From Candidatus Micrarchaeota archaeon (GTDB lineage Archaea; Micrarchaeota; Micrarchaeia; Anstonellales; SKW190): 55,849 nt of DNA. Location of the stretch: NCBI GenBank assembly GCA_026414265.1, contig JAOAJI010000003.1, forward strand, positions 1 to 55,849, given 5' to 3'. The translations under genes and the position numbers were made by a program. Position 1 is the stretch's first letter. Each line of letters begins with the position of its first letter. Shown piece after piece: positions 47,445 to 55,849 of the stretch. Under the pieces are notes generated by a model. The model was not told the origin of the DNA. It saw only the letters and a program-made list of their open reading frames with translations, and did no database searches.

Positions 47445-50400
47445 TCATCTACCAAATCTTAAGACGTATCTCAATGTATTTTCTTTAATATTTTCCAATA
47501 CTTCACTGTTTTGATATTGCATGATGTCAGAAGTAATGACAGCTACTCTACCAAACCGATAAATACCTAATCCTAATTTACCTGCAGTCCTTGTACTCGT
47601 ACCTTGAGTGTCCAATCCTGAAACTACTATTAAAGATGACTTAAAAGTACTACTTAGATTTTTTTTGTCTAATATACTTAATATGCCAGGTAACTGTGTA
47701 GAATCTATCTCGTAAAGCCTGAAATCATCATCAATAGTAACTGAAGATATGTTAATACCAACATCGGAGTAGCTTATTGTAGATTCATTTATCTTAAATT
47801 CAAATTCTTTTAACAAACCGTTATTTATAAAATCAGCAATGATGAGCACTCCTTTTCCTTGACCGACAAACTCTAACAGATGTAATTTTTCCATTCTAGT
47901 AAAAGGTACTGATGTTGTAGTAACAAAAAGACTACAGTTTTTATTATATTTGGAAGACAACTCAGTTCTTTCCACAAATTTTTGTTCTAAGGAAATTAAA
48001 GACCGCTGATCTGGTGGAACTTCAATCAGAATTCTTTGCATTAAGTTGTTTACAATATTACTATAGGAGTTTATGTTTGGGACATTGTTGTCATAACAAA
48101 TGCTGATATTTACGTTCCTGCCAAGTTTACATTCAAGTATTCTTTCATCATCTATTCTAACAAAGTTAAACATGTTAATGTTGTATTCTGCTTTACCTAA
48201 ATGTACATTTACAAAATTTGTTCCTTTTTTTGAGAAGATTATCGTCTCTGGTGAAGCTACTCGATATACCTCTCTCATAAACGTGTAATAATTAGTCATG
48301 TTTGCTGTATTTGATAAACCAAAACTATAAATAGCTCTAGCTTGATATGGATTGTAGTCTTTGTCTATCAAACAACAATATATAGGCATATCATTAGAAT
48401 CATACATGGCAGATATAATATCCATATCCCACGGCTTTAATAGAGACGGAGAAAATGGATATTCTGCTAATTTAAAACCTGTAAAGGAATTCATTAAGTA
48501 GCACGATCCGTAAGAAGTATTGTATTTACATAGACCACATTTAACAAAAGACAGAGGCTCGTTAACAGGATGTAATTTTTTAACATCATCTGGTATAGGT
48601 GGTTGGTTAGATATATCAAGTTTATACTCCATAGGATCTGCATTTTCCGGAACTTTGCAAAATACACCATCATCTGAAACCTGGTATTTTGGCCCGCATT
48701 TGCCTTCACTTAACTCTAATGTAGAACACTTTACACAATAAGGAACTTCATCATATTTTGTATAATTAGTTAATACACAATTCGGATCAGGTGCATAATA
48801 ACCAACAGGTGAAGAAGGATCTGCAAATGATAGATAAGTACAATTATCTACAGCATAGTGCCGAGTGTATAAAACCATATCTCTCTGACCTGTTATCAAT
48901 CTGCCGTATTTCTGCAAAGTTTTTGCTACTTCAGATTGTTGGTAGCCATATTTATCTCTACTAGCTTTATCTTCTCTAATTTCACCAATACCGCATATAC
49001 CTATGTTTGTCCTCCATATTATTGGTATTAAAGGATAACCATCTACATCTTTTTGTGGATTGTCTCTGTCATTAATAGATGTAAGTATAGCACCTATAGT
49101 AACTGAATCTGTCAATATTCTTTGATTTTCTAACAAGAATCTGATAAACATTCCATGTATTTTTTCATTCCAATAAAGATCTACACTATCTTTATAAGCA
49201 GGCATTTTATCTTCGCAAAGAGAAACATTTAATAACAATCTCATAAATGGATTTGCCTCATCTTTTGTATTGCCTGCTAAGCCTAAGAAACCATTAGATA
49301 TGGATGCTAAATACGTTATGTCAGAAGTAACACCTTGTTTTAATTCTGAAATGCTGTAGCTGTACCAAGAGGTGGAAAAACGATTAACAACATCAAAATT
49401 AAAGCGAGTATGATCGCCACAACAATCACAGTCAGTACCGCTAGGAGTAGATACATCCCAATTAGGATATCTAACGGGGTGTCTAACTTGAATTTCATCA
49501 TTGTCTAGGATCGCTCCTCCTGTTGTAATAAGTTTCATGTATAAAACTACTCTTTGATTTTGATCTGCAGCTTTAAGAGCCCTAAACGGATATAACCCAT
49601 TTGCATCATCTAGAATACTCGGGCAGATGAACCAAGAAGTTCCACCAACAGAAGATATGAAAGTCTGTTGACTTTCTATATATTCTGGATGCGGATTCCT
49701 ATTATTATTCATATTTATTATTGTTGAATGCTCCTGTTTAGTGTAGTTAGTTATACCCCACAGTGGTTTGATAATAACAAACTTTTGCCATCTATCATAA
49801 ATCTTACGTGATAGGTTGGCGTGAAATTGTAACATTGAAGCAAAAGCTCTTTCCAAAGATAAATCCTGATACCAAAGATAATATCTATGAGCCGGAAAGT
49901 CTATAGCAATAAAATCTAATTCTCTATCTAAATTTTTTTGGTGAACGTTTTGAGATGTAGCAGTACCTAACATAGATTCCAAATAATTGAACACCGCATT
50001 TTCGTAATCCTGAGGATTTTTGATATTATAAATGCCTAATCTAACTGAATCTACTTGCAAACCAACAAAACAGGTTGGTGAACATCCTTTTAAATGAACC
50101 CACTCAGGGTCGTTAACATTCCCGACTCGAGTACCTGTATTAACATCATACCATTGAGCATACCTGAAAGGAATAATTCTTTTTAGTACTTCTTCAGGTC
50201 TAGTAAAGTTCTTGAAATTTAGCATTACAGGTCCTCTATTACCAGAATTATGAGAACTTACAGCAGAAAATACACTATCTCTACATCTTTGATCATCATA
50301 AGATAACATATCATCAATATCAACTATAGGAAATACATTTTGTGATAAATATTTAGTAAGATAATATGCTAGAAGTCCAGGATGTGGATAATGCTGATTC

Positions 50401-51932
50401 CATTTTTCACTAGGCCATCTTCCACAGTTTATTTCAGGTCTAGTTCCAAAACCTATATAACTTTCACTAAAGCTTAAATCACAATACCTTCTCGTACTAC
50501 TAAATAATCCACCTCCCTTTTTAGATGGACTAGCAATCTTAGCGAGTACATGAGAGGTGTCAATTAGTTCATCATAGATAGTATGGTATGCTGGGCAGAG
50601 CTCTGCGAAATTGCGATATCTATGTTCTGTATACTGCGTAGCCATAGTCATATAAGTACATGGTTCACACCAACCATAATTTTCTAATAAAAGGCCTTGT
50701 GCATCATCAGAACAAATCCCAGAACCAACATTGATTCTTACATTATGGTTATTTTTCTTAACACCCCCTCCTAGTTTTATTTCTAATGGTGTTGTGTTTA
50801 CAATAGAATCTTTAGGAATTTCACAATTACTAACGAAATTAGAATTTTTTATTAAATTAAAAATATCAACATTTGTATACTTGTCTCTGGCTGATTTCTC
50901 TACCATCGAAAAATCAAATATTTCGTCTGTCAAAAAATAGTATCCCGAAGAGTCCTTATTCAGTTTTATATAGATTTCATTTGTATTTCTTGTTAGTCTA
51001 CAGAAAACACCTGAATAAAAATTATGGCCTATAAAAAATCTTTTATATGTACAATCACATGGAATGTTGATACCACTAACTTTGTGCTTACATACGCCTC
51101 TGGAATAGAAATCTTTGGAACATACTCCTGAAAAGCATTCGTTGGAATTCTTACATTCAAATTTGACTGAATCATTTTTATCATATGCTCTCCATGCTCT
51201 AGGCAATACTCTTCTGTAAAAGTATGGATTAATCTTTATTACTAAATTTCCAGCACCTTGGTTAAACAAATCTTCTGCTCTCTCGTCTCTTTCGTCCACA
51301 TAAAACCATTTCTCATCTAAATAGTTGTAATTACCTAATCTCAAGAACGGGTAGTTAACTCTTTCACCAACAGCAAGTTTATCGATTAAAGGATCTACAT
51401 CAAACCTACACCACGAAGATGCTAAATAGCATAAATAAGAAGGTGCAGCATAATTCATATATCTATCCTTTCTTACATCACTTGTTTTTACCTTTGGATT
51501 AATGTTACACTGCGAATCGCTTATCGGAACTAAATTTTTTATTATTTCAAAATCATTAAACTCACCATCAACACCTATTCTAAAAGTATTGATAAATGCA
51601 GAGGATCTCGTAAGTTTGTATTGTAACCTGTTATCAAGACTTTCAAAAGTACATACACTGCCAAGTAAATTTTGTTGTATAGATACATTTGTGTTAAGTT
51701 CAGAAATTTGTTTGTTTTTTAAAACATCTATTGGCGAATCTTTAGTTTCTAGCCTCTTTGCGTTTGGAGAGAATCCACAAACCATTGCAATAAGATTTTG
51801 ATCGATACACCTATCTTCCTGAAAAGGTGAAAGCGTAGAATTAACAGAAGAAGCGTTTACGTCACAACCACTCAAAGCAAAAAAAATAACAAAAATGAAA
51901 AAAAGAATGAGTAGATATTGCTTGGAATTCAT
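47445..51932 (-). CDS. Large Cys-rich secreted/lipoprotein (~1495 aa) with a C-terminal GIFT/DUF4350-like domain
   Basis: Signal with lipobox-like FFALSGC, dozens of Cys, and C-terminal PFT..E...L.EFV..G.GVLIIAD..N.LL.EF...GRVAVI. ATG at 51932 follows GAGTGA. Confidence 0.85.
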   Translation of the reverse strand: MNSKQYLLILFFIFVIFFALSGCDVNASSVNSTLSPFQEDRCIDQNLIAMVCGFSPNAKRLETKDSPIDVLKNKQISELNTNVSIQQNLLGSVCTFESLDNRLQYKLTRSSAFINTFRIGVDGEFNDFEIIKNLVPISDSQCNINPKVKTSDVRKDRYMNYAAPSYLCYLASSWCRFDVDPLIDKLAVGERVNYPFLRLGNYNYLDEKWFYVDERDERAEDLFNQGAGNLVIKINPYFYRRVLPRAWRAYDKNDSVKFECKNSNECFSGVCSKDFYSRGVCKHKVSGINIPCDCTYKRFFIGHNFYSGVFCRLTRNTNEIYIKLNKDSSGYYFLTDEIFDFSMVEKSARDKYTNVDIFNLIKNSNFVSNCEIPKDSIVNTTPLEIKLGGGVKKNNHNVRINVGSGICSDDAQGLLLENYGWCEPCTYMTMATQYTEHRYRNFAELCPAYHTIYDELIDTSHVLAKIASPSKKGGGLFSSTRRYCDLSFSESYIGFGTRPEINCGRWPSEKWNQHYPHPGLLAYYLTKYLSQNVFPIVDIDDMLSYDDQRCRDSVFSAVSSHNSGNRGPVMLNFKNFTRPEEVLKRIIPFRYAQWYDVNTGTRVGNVNDPEWVHLKGCSPTCFVGLQVDSVRLGIYNIKNPQDYENAVFNYLESMLGTATSQNVHQKNLDRELDFIAIDFPAHRYYLWYQDLSLERAFASMLQFHANLSRKIYDRWQKFVIIKPLWGITNYTKQEHSTIINMNNNRNPHPEYIESQQTFISSVGGTSWFICPSILDDANGLYPFRALKAADQNQRVVLYMKLITTGGAILDNDEIQVRHPVRYPNWDVSTPSGTDCDCCGDHTRFNFDVVNRFSTSWYSYSISELKQGVTSDITYLASISNGFLGLAGNTKDEANPFMRLLLNVSLCEDKMPAYKDSVDLYWNEKIHGMFIRFLLENQRILTDSVTIGAILTSINDRDNPQKDVDGYPLIPIIWRTNIGICGIGEIREDKASRDKYGYQQSEVAKTLQKYGRLITGQRDMVLYTRHYAVDNCTYLSFADPSSPVGYYAPDPNCVLTNYTKYDEVPYCVKCSTLELSEGKCGPKYQVSDDGVFCKVPENADPMEYKLDISNQPPIPDDVKKLHPVNEPLSFVKCGLCKYNTSYGSCYLMNSFTGFKLAEYPFSPSLLKPWDMDIISAMYDSNDMPIYCCLIDKDYNPYQARAIYSFGLSNTANMTNYYTFMREVYRVASPETIIFSKKGTNFVNVHLGKAEYNINMFNFVRIDDERILECKLGRNVNISICYDNNVPNINSYSNIVNNLMQRILIEVPPDQRSLISLEQKFVERTELSSKYNKNCSLFVTTTSVPFTRMEKLHLLEFVGQGKGVLIIADFINNGLLKEFEFKINESTISYSDVGINISSVTIDDDFRLYEIDSTQLPGILSILDKKNLSSTFKSSLIVVSGLDTQGTSTRTAGKLGLGIYRFGRVAVITSDIMQYQNSEVLENIKENTLRYVLRFGR

Positions 51933-51945
51933 AATTATCACTCTA

Positions 51946-53115
51946 TCACGTTAATTTATTAATTACTGAAAAGAGCTCTACGCTATCAGAACCAAGCAAT
52001 GGTGCTGTAAATCTTATGAAAATCGCAGTGACTGCTAAAGCAACAAATGGAATTATCCATTCGAAAATTCTTAGCTGTGCTATGAAATCAGTCATTACGT
52101 CAATGATTGAAAATGTTGTTAAAAAGCTACTCATCCAAGATTCATAAGTAGAAATTACACCCGCAAAAGAAGGGTAACATACCTGCCCTGGAATAGTAGT
52201 CCTTTCAACTAATTCACCTGCAGGTATTTCAAGTGCAACGAAATATGCTAATGGGAAAACAAAATAGAAGCCTATGGCTGTGGCTAGCATTAAACCTCCT
52301 ATTCCCCTAGTTATTGGCAGTATCCTAAGTGCTATTCCATAAGGTAAGAGAATCGACAATGAAGTGTAATTTATTAATCTCAAAAGTTGCATCTGTGCAG
52401 CTAGAGAAATCTGCAGATTAATCGCCATGTCACCAAGCATGTGTGCTCTAATTACTCTCTGAAAGATATTATAATACCTTGAACTTCCTGTTAAATAATC
52501 CATTAATCCAGGGCAAAACTGAAAACCAAATATTGAAAAACACCTTGAAAGTTCTCTTTCTCCTTGAAAGACTTCTCTTATCAGTTGATTATAATAAATG
52601 TTTAATTTGTATAGTGCATAATCAATGTTTGCTGCCGCAAAACAAGCTAGAGAATATTTTTGAACTGGACCAACTATAGGCCTAAGGTGAGGATTAAAAG
52701 CATTTATATATGGCGTGATAATATTTATGGATGTTTCAACTAGAAATACTATTGTAAGTAATATGACGAAACTTGCAACTAGTTGTAAAAACTCTGCTTT
52801 GATAAATATTTCAAACTCCGCATTCTTAACGAAAAAGTGCTGTAACATGTATAATACTGTTAAAATAATGAATCCTGTAAATATAATCAAAAAAGATAGT
52901 ATAGCGTAGTTAGATAATGGACTTAAACCAATCCTCTGATTAAATAATAGAGTATCGATCATTAAGTCGCAAGTAAAGCCCTGATATTGAGCATATGCAT
53001 TATTGGTCAGAAACAACAATAAAAATAATTCCAATACTAAATGCACTTTGTTAGATTTTGATGAAGAAAGATTTGAATTAATCATTATTTTCATAATTCC
53101 CATAGATTTCCTCAT
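51946..53115 (-). CDS. Multi-pass membrane protein, CedA/VirB6-like paralog 4
   Basis: N-terminal TM pair (LYML..FF...EFEIFIKAEFLQLVAS), core LLPYGIALRILPITRGIGGLMLA..IGFYFVFP, C-terminal IIP...FIR..APLLGSD. Confidence 0.8.
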   Translation of the reverse strand: MRKSMGIMKIMINSNLSSSKSNKVHLVLELFLLLFLTNNAYAQYQGFTCDLMIDTLLFNQRIGLSPLSNYAILSFLIIFTGFIILTVLYMLQHFFVKNAEFEIFIKAEFLQLVASFVILLTIVFLVETSINIITPYINAFNPHLRPIVGPVQKYSLACFAAANIDYALYKLNIYYNQLIREVFQGERELSRCFSIFGFQFCPGLMDYLTGSSRYYNIFQRVIRAHMLGDMAINLQISLAAQMQLLRLINYTSLSILLPYGIALRILPITRGIGGLMLATAIGFYFVFPLAYFVALEIPAGELVERTTIPGQVCYPSFAGVISTYESWMSSFLTTFSIIDVMTDFIAQLRIFEWIIPFVALAVTAIFIRFTAPLLGSDSVELFSVINKLT

Positions 53116-53130
53116 TTAATATTAAAAATT

Positions 53131-54159
53131 TTATATGAAATCAAAAAATCTACCTGTGAATATATCAACATCTATTAATCGCCCCAAATGCTTAACACTG
53201 GCTATTAAAATAATCGCATGCAATATTGGCATAAAGATCGTTGTGGCTAAAGAAAGAAAAGTCAGATATATCATTCTTTGATTTCTAATCGGATTGTCAC
53301 TAGGTATAATGAAATTGTCAATAGAACTGATACAGGTTGTTAAAGGCAAATAATTATTCGGATGATATGTAACACCTAATTGATTAACTATTGGAAACCA
53401 CAACATACCGCTTATTGAAAGTATCAAAGGATACAAAACATAAACAACTAATAAAAATGCAATTATTGCACTGCCCATTACTCTTGTTCCTGGTAGGCTT
53501 CTAATGATAATTCCTAAAGGCAGTAAAAAATCAAGAAATCCATGTTGTATAAACAACAAAAATTTCATTTGTGTTAAGGTAGTAAAAATACCTGTCACCA
53601 AAGAATATAACTTTATTTCTAGTAAACGTATTTCTACAGATATTCCTGCATTAGGTCTCTGGTTTAGACCTATTCCTCCAACCAAACAAAGAACTGCAGC
53701 AAGGCCACGTTCCCCACACTTCCATTTGTTAATACTCGAAAGCAATATTGCATCTCTAAGAGCATTGCGCGTATCTGTAATTTCTTTGTGGACAACTAGT
53801 TTTACCCAACTCAAATAAAATATAGAAAAATTGTAAATATTATTATGTTCAGGTAATAAAGAAGATAACTCAATTGGTGTTTTTTGAGAAGGATTTAAAG
53901 ATAGAGGTCCTGTTTCCAAGGTTTGTAGTAAAAGATCTACTTTGATAGCACATGTCAAGTTAAGAATCAATACAACAACGATAACTAATATGAAAGTACT
54001 TATGATTGAAACAAAAGTCATTATTGCAGTGACTTTCAATCTATCATTACTCAAAATATTTGCTAAAACATACATAATTAAACCAATTAACACAGATATG
54101 ATGTTCGCAATAACTATCAACGCACCTTGTTGATATATTGCATCAGCACTACATAACAT
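53131..54159 (-). CDS. Multi-pass membrane protein, CedA/VirB6-like paralog 3
   Basis: IMYVLANILSNDRLK, core LLPLGIIIRSLPGTRVMGSAIIAF..VYVLYP, C-terminal FMP...SVKHLGRLIDVDI. Confidence 0.8.
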   Translation of the reverse strand: MLCSADAIYQQGALIVIANIISVLIGLIMYVLANILSNDRLKVTAIMTFVSIISTFILVIVVVLILNLTCAIKVDLLLQTLETGPLSLNPSQKTPIELSSLLPEHNNIYNFSIFYLSWVKLVVHKEITDTRNALRDAILLSSINKWKCGERGLAAVLCLVGGIGLNQRPNAGISVEIRLLEIKLYSLVTGIFTTLTQMKFLLFIQHGFLDFLLPLGIIIRSLPGTRVMGSAIIAFLLVVYVLYPLILSISGMLWFPIVNQLGVTYHPNNYLPLTTCISSIDNFIIPSDNPIRNQRMIYLTFLSLATTIFMPILHAIILIASVKHLGRLIDVDIFTGRFFDFI

Positions 54160-54165
54160 AATCCT

Positions 54166-55248
54166 TCACTGTATTCTTTCCAATCTAAATACTTCTATAT
54201 CAACACCCATCATCCTTGAAAGCGAATGAATAACTCCAAAAGTGACTAAAAAAACAAACGCAGGCATCAACATATAAAAGAAATAAACATCGAACAGAAT
54301 AGGTTCAAATACTTTAAGGTTATATAACTGTTTTATGTAATTTACTTTAGAAACCAATGAACTATCCTGTGGATCACATGAATAAGATCTAAGACTATCA
54401 AACTCATTCAAGCTCAAAATATAAGAATAATCAATGTTTGAATATCCTGACTTTTCTTTCATTAAATTCGTCATTCCACCTTCTTGATTAGGATAATTAG
54501 AATTTACGACAAAAAACTTAATTTCTTGATAGATTGTTCTATAACCAATTATTACCAAAGGCATAACAAAAGTAAATGCAATAAATATAGCTATTAAAGC
54601 ATTGCCAGTACCTCTTGTGTAAGAAAATGCTCTAGCTATAACTCCCAAAAACAAAAATAATAAACCGTTTCTTCTAAAAAACTCAAGGACACTAAGAAGA
54701 GTAGAAAATAAACTGACAGACGCAACTAATGTAGAATGCAATATGTTTAATGAAGCAATTGGAACAGATACCACAGCACAGACATTAATAGTATAGCCGA
54801 CACCCAAAAAACCACAATACACGGATTTAGAAGATTCAACGGCTATCTTCTGAATTAAAGTATAAACCTTGTTAGCTAGTATAAGCAATTGTTTTAAATC
54901 TTGCTGTAGAAAGCCATATGCATAACCATCTATAGACTCGTACGCATAATTTGAATTACTTAATAAGCTTCCCAAAAAAGCTTTTGTGATTTCATTGAAA
55001 AAAGATGCAGATAAAGTAAATATAACAATTATCAAAAACGTAATTATTGTGCTTTTTCCTTCTTCTTTTGCAAAGATCTCCAACTTAACATTCCCCGACA
55101 GTTTAGCAGCCATAAAAATTATAGCAATGATAAAGATTGAAGTAAATATACCTAGTAACCCAATTCCACTAGCAGAAAGATAAGAATTCTGCGCAAACAT
55201 GAGCGATACTTGAATAATCGAATATAATAATATAATAAATTTTTTCAT
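54166..55248 (-). CDS. Multi-pass membrane protein, CedA/VirB6-like paralog 2
   Basis: IFMAAKL.GNVKLEIFAKEE, core FLGVIARAFSYTRGTGNALIAIFIAFTFVMP, C-terminal LMP...IHSLSRMMGVDI. ATGA overlap with the upstream gene. Confidence 0.8.
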   Translation of the reverse strand: MKKFIILLYSIIQVSLMFAQNSYLSASGIGLLGIFTSIFIIAIIFMAAKLSGNVKLEIFAKEEGKSTIITFLIIVIFTLSASFFNEITKAFLGSLLSNSNYAYESIDGYAYGFLQQDLKQLLILANKVYTLIQKIAVESSKSVYCGFLGVGYTINVCAVVSVPIASLNILHSTLVASVSLFSTLLSVLEFFRRNGLLFLFLGVIARAFSYTRGTGNALIAIFIAFTFVMPLVIIGYRTIYQEIKFFVVNSNYPNQEGGMTNLMKEKSGYSNIDYSYILSLNEFDSLRSYSCDPQDSSLVSKVNYIKQLYNLKVFEPILFDVYFFYMLMPAFVFLVTFGVIHSLSRMMGVDIEVFRLERIQ

Positions 55249-55849
55249 ATTACCTTCCCTATTCCAGGTATATCAATATCACCACCTAAAAACGCAGATA
55301 GAGCCCTTATACCAGCCAAAATCAACATAAACATAAACAAAGGCAAAACATAAGCTGGTATGTAAATAACACTGACTGCAGCTATATCCGCTGGGGTGCT
55401 TGTACCTCCAAATGATTCTGATAATAGACTATCTATTACTGAATTAGGGTCTACTCTACCAAATTCCTCAGATGTTCCACATAACTCATTACAATTTGTT
55501 CTGAGTGGAGGGATAGTAATACACGCAGGATCGCATTTGTTATAGCAATTTTCACATTCATCTGTAATAACTACATCAATTTTGGATTTAGTGATAGGAC
55601 AAAACTCTGCAAATTTATTAGGGAGCTCTACTATATTAAAACAATAATCTGGACATTTCTCTTCGTATCCTGGATCTCGCATTGCACAGCTCATAGAGCA
55701 ACCAAGACATTGACCAACGTATGATATTGATTTAGATAGTGGAATCGGAGGATCTACTTTACAACTATCTGAACAATACGGTGGAGAACACAATACAGTT
55801 AAACCCTCTTTACAAACAAATGACCTTTCTTGATTGCTTGATTCATTTA
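55245..55849 (-). CDS. Cys-rich membrane protein, paralog 1, truncated by the window end
   Basis: The frame stays open to the window edge (NESSNQERSFVCKEGLTVLCSPP...). Dense Cys segment, then the shared C-terminal motif VLP...GIRALSAFLGGDIDIPG. Confidence 0.8.
   Translation of the reverse strand, partial: NESSNQERSFVCKEGLTVLCSPPYCSDSCKVDPPIPLSKSISYVGQCLGCSMSCAMRDPGYEEKCPDYCFNIVELPNKFAEFCPITKSKIDVVITDECENCYNKCDPACITIPPLRTNCNELCGTSEEFGRVDPNSVIDSLLSESFGGTSTPADIAAVSVIYIPAYVLPLFMFMLILAGIRALSAFLGGDIDIPGIGKVI

Noticed and set aside
115-55183. The many 60-145 aa ORFs antisense to or nested in long genes
   Set aside because: They are shadows of well-supported genes on the opposite strand or frame, with no motifs or SD.
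1-55849. tRNA, rRNA and other structured RNA genes
   Set aside because: All intergenic gaps are short and AT-rich. I saw no T-loop/cloverleaf or GC-rich stems by eye; a covariance-model scan would be needed to exclude small RNAs.
1-55849. CRISPR array, transposase, integrase or provirus
   Set aside because: No regularly spaced direct repeats and no recognisable transposase, integrase, capsid, terminase or cas motifs.

Overview
An AT-rich archaeal chromosomal segment. It carries TFB, a 20S proteasome beta subunit, aCPSF1/FttA, RFC-S, archaeal-type TrpRS/IleRS, GGTGA/GAGGT-type ribosome-binding sites and BRE-TATA promoters. The gene content and the orphan families suggest a DPANN archaeon, most likely Micrarchaeota; this is inference and was not tested by a search. 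The first ~40 kb is mostly housekeeping: tfb, a KaiC/RecA-like ATPase with a broken Walker A motif, trpS, purD, a TctA/DUF112 permease, coaBC, nadE, asd, a PRTase, DUF2085, aCPSF1, psmB, feoAB, an operon of wHTH regulator-grpE-dnaK-dnaJ, a TPR-AAA ATPase, PrsW, pyrD, acdB/acdA, AK6, a bacterial-type class I GAPDH, ileS, rfcS and a geranylgeranyl-reductase-family enzyme. I also found a 59-aa Zn-finger ORF that the supplied track missed. The last ~15.6 kb is an envelope locus I could not assign to a named system. It has a 2396-aa membrane-anchored giant protein, facing a tightly packed operon of at least four paralogous multi-pass membrane proteins with CedA/VirB6-like architecture and a ~1495-aa Cys-rich lipoprotein ending in a GIFT/DUF4350-like domain. 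This is the best candidate for an undescribed cell-contact, secretion or DNA-transfer apparatus. I saw no tRNA, rRNA, CRISPR array or transposase. Family calls come from motifs recognised by eye; no searches were run.
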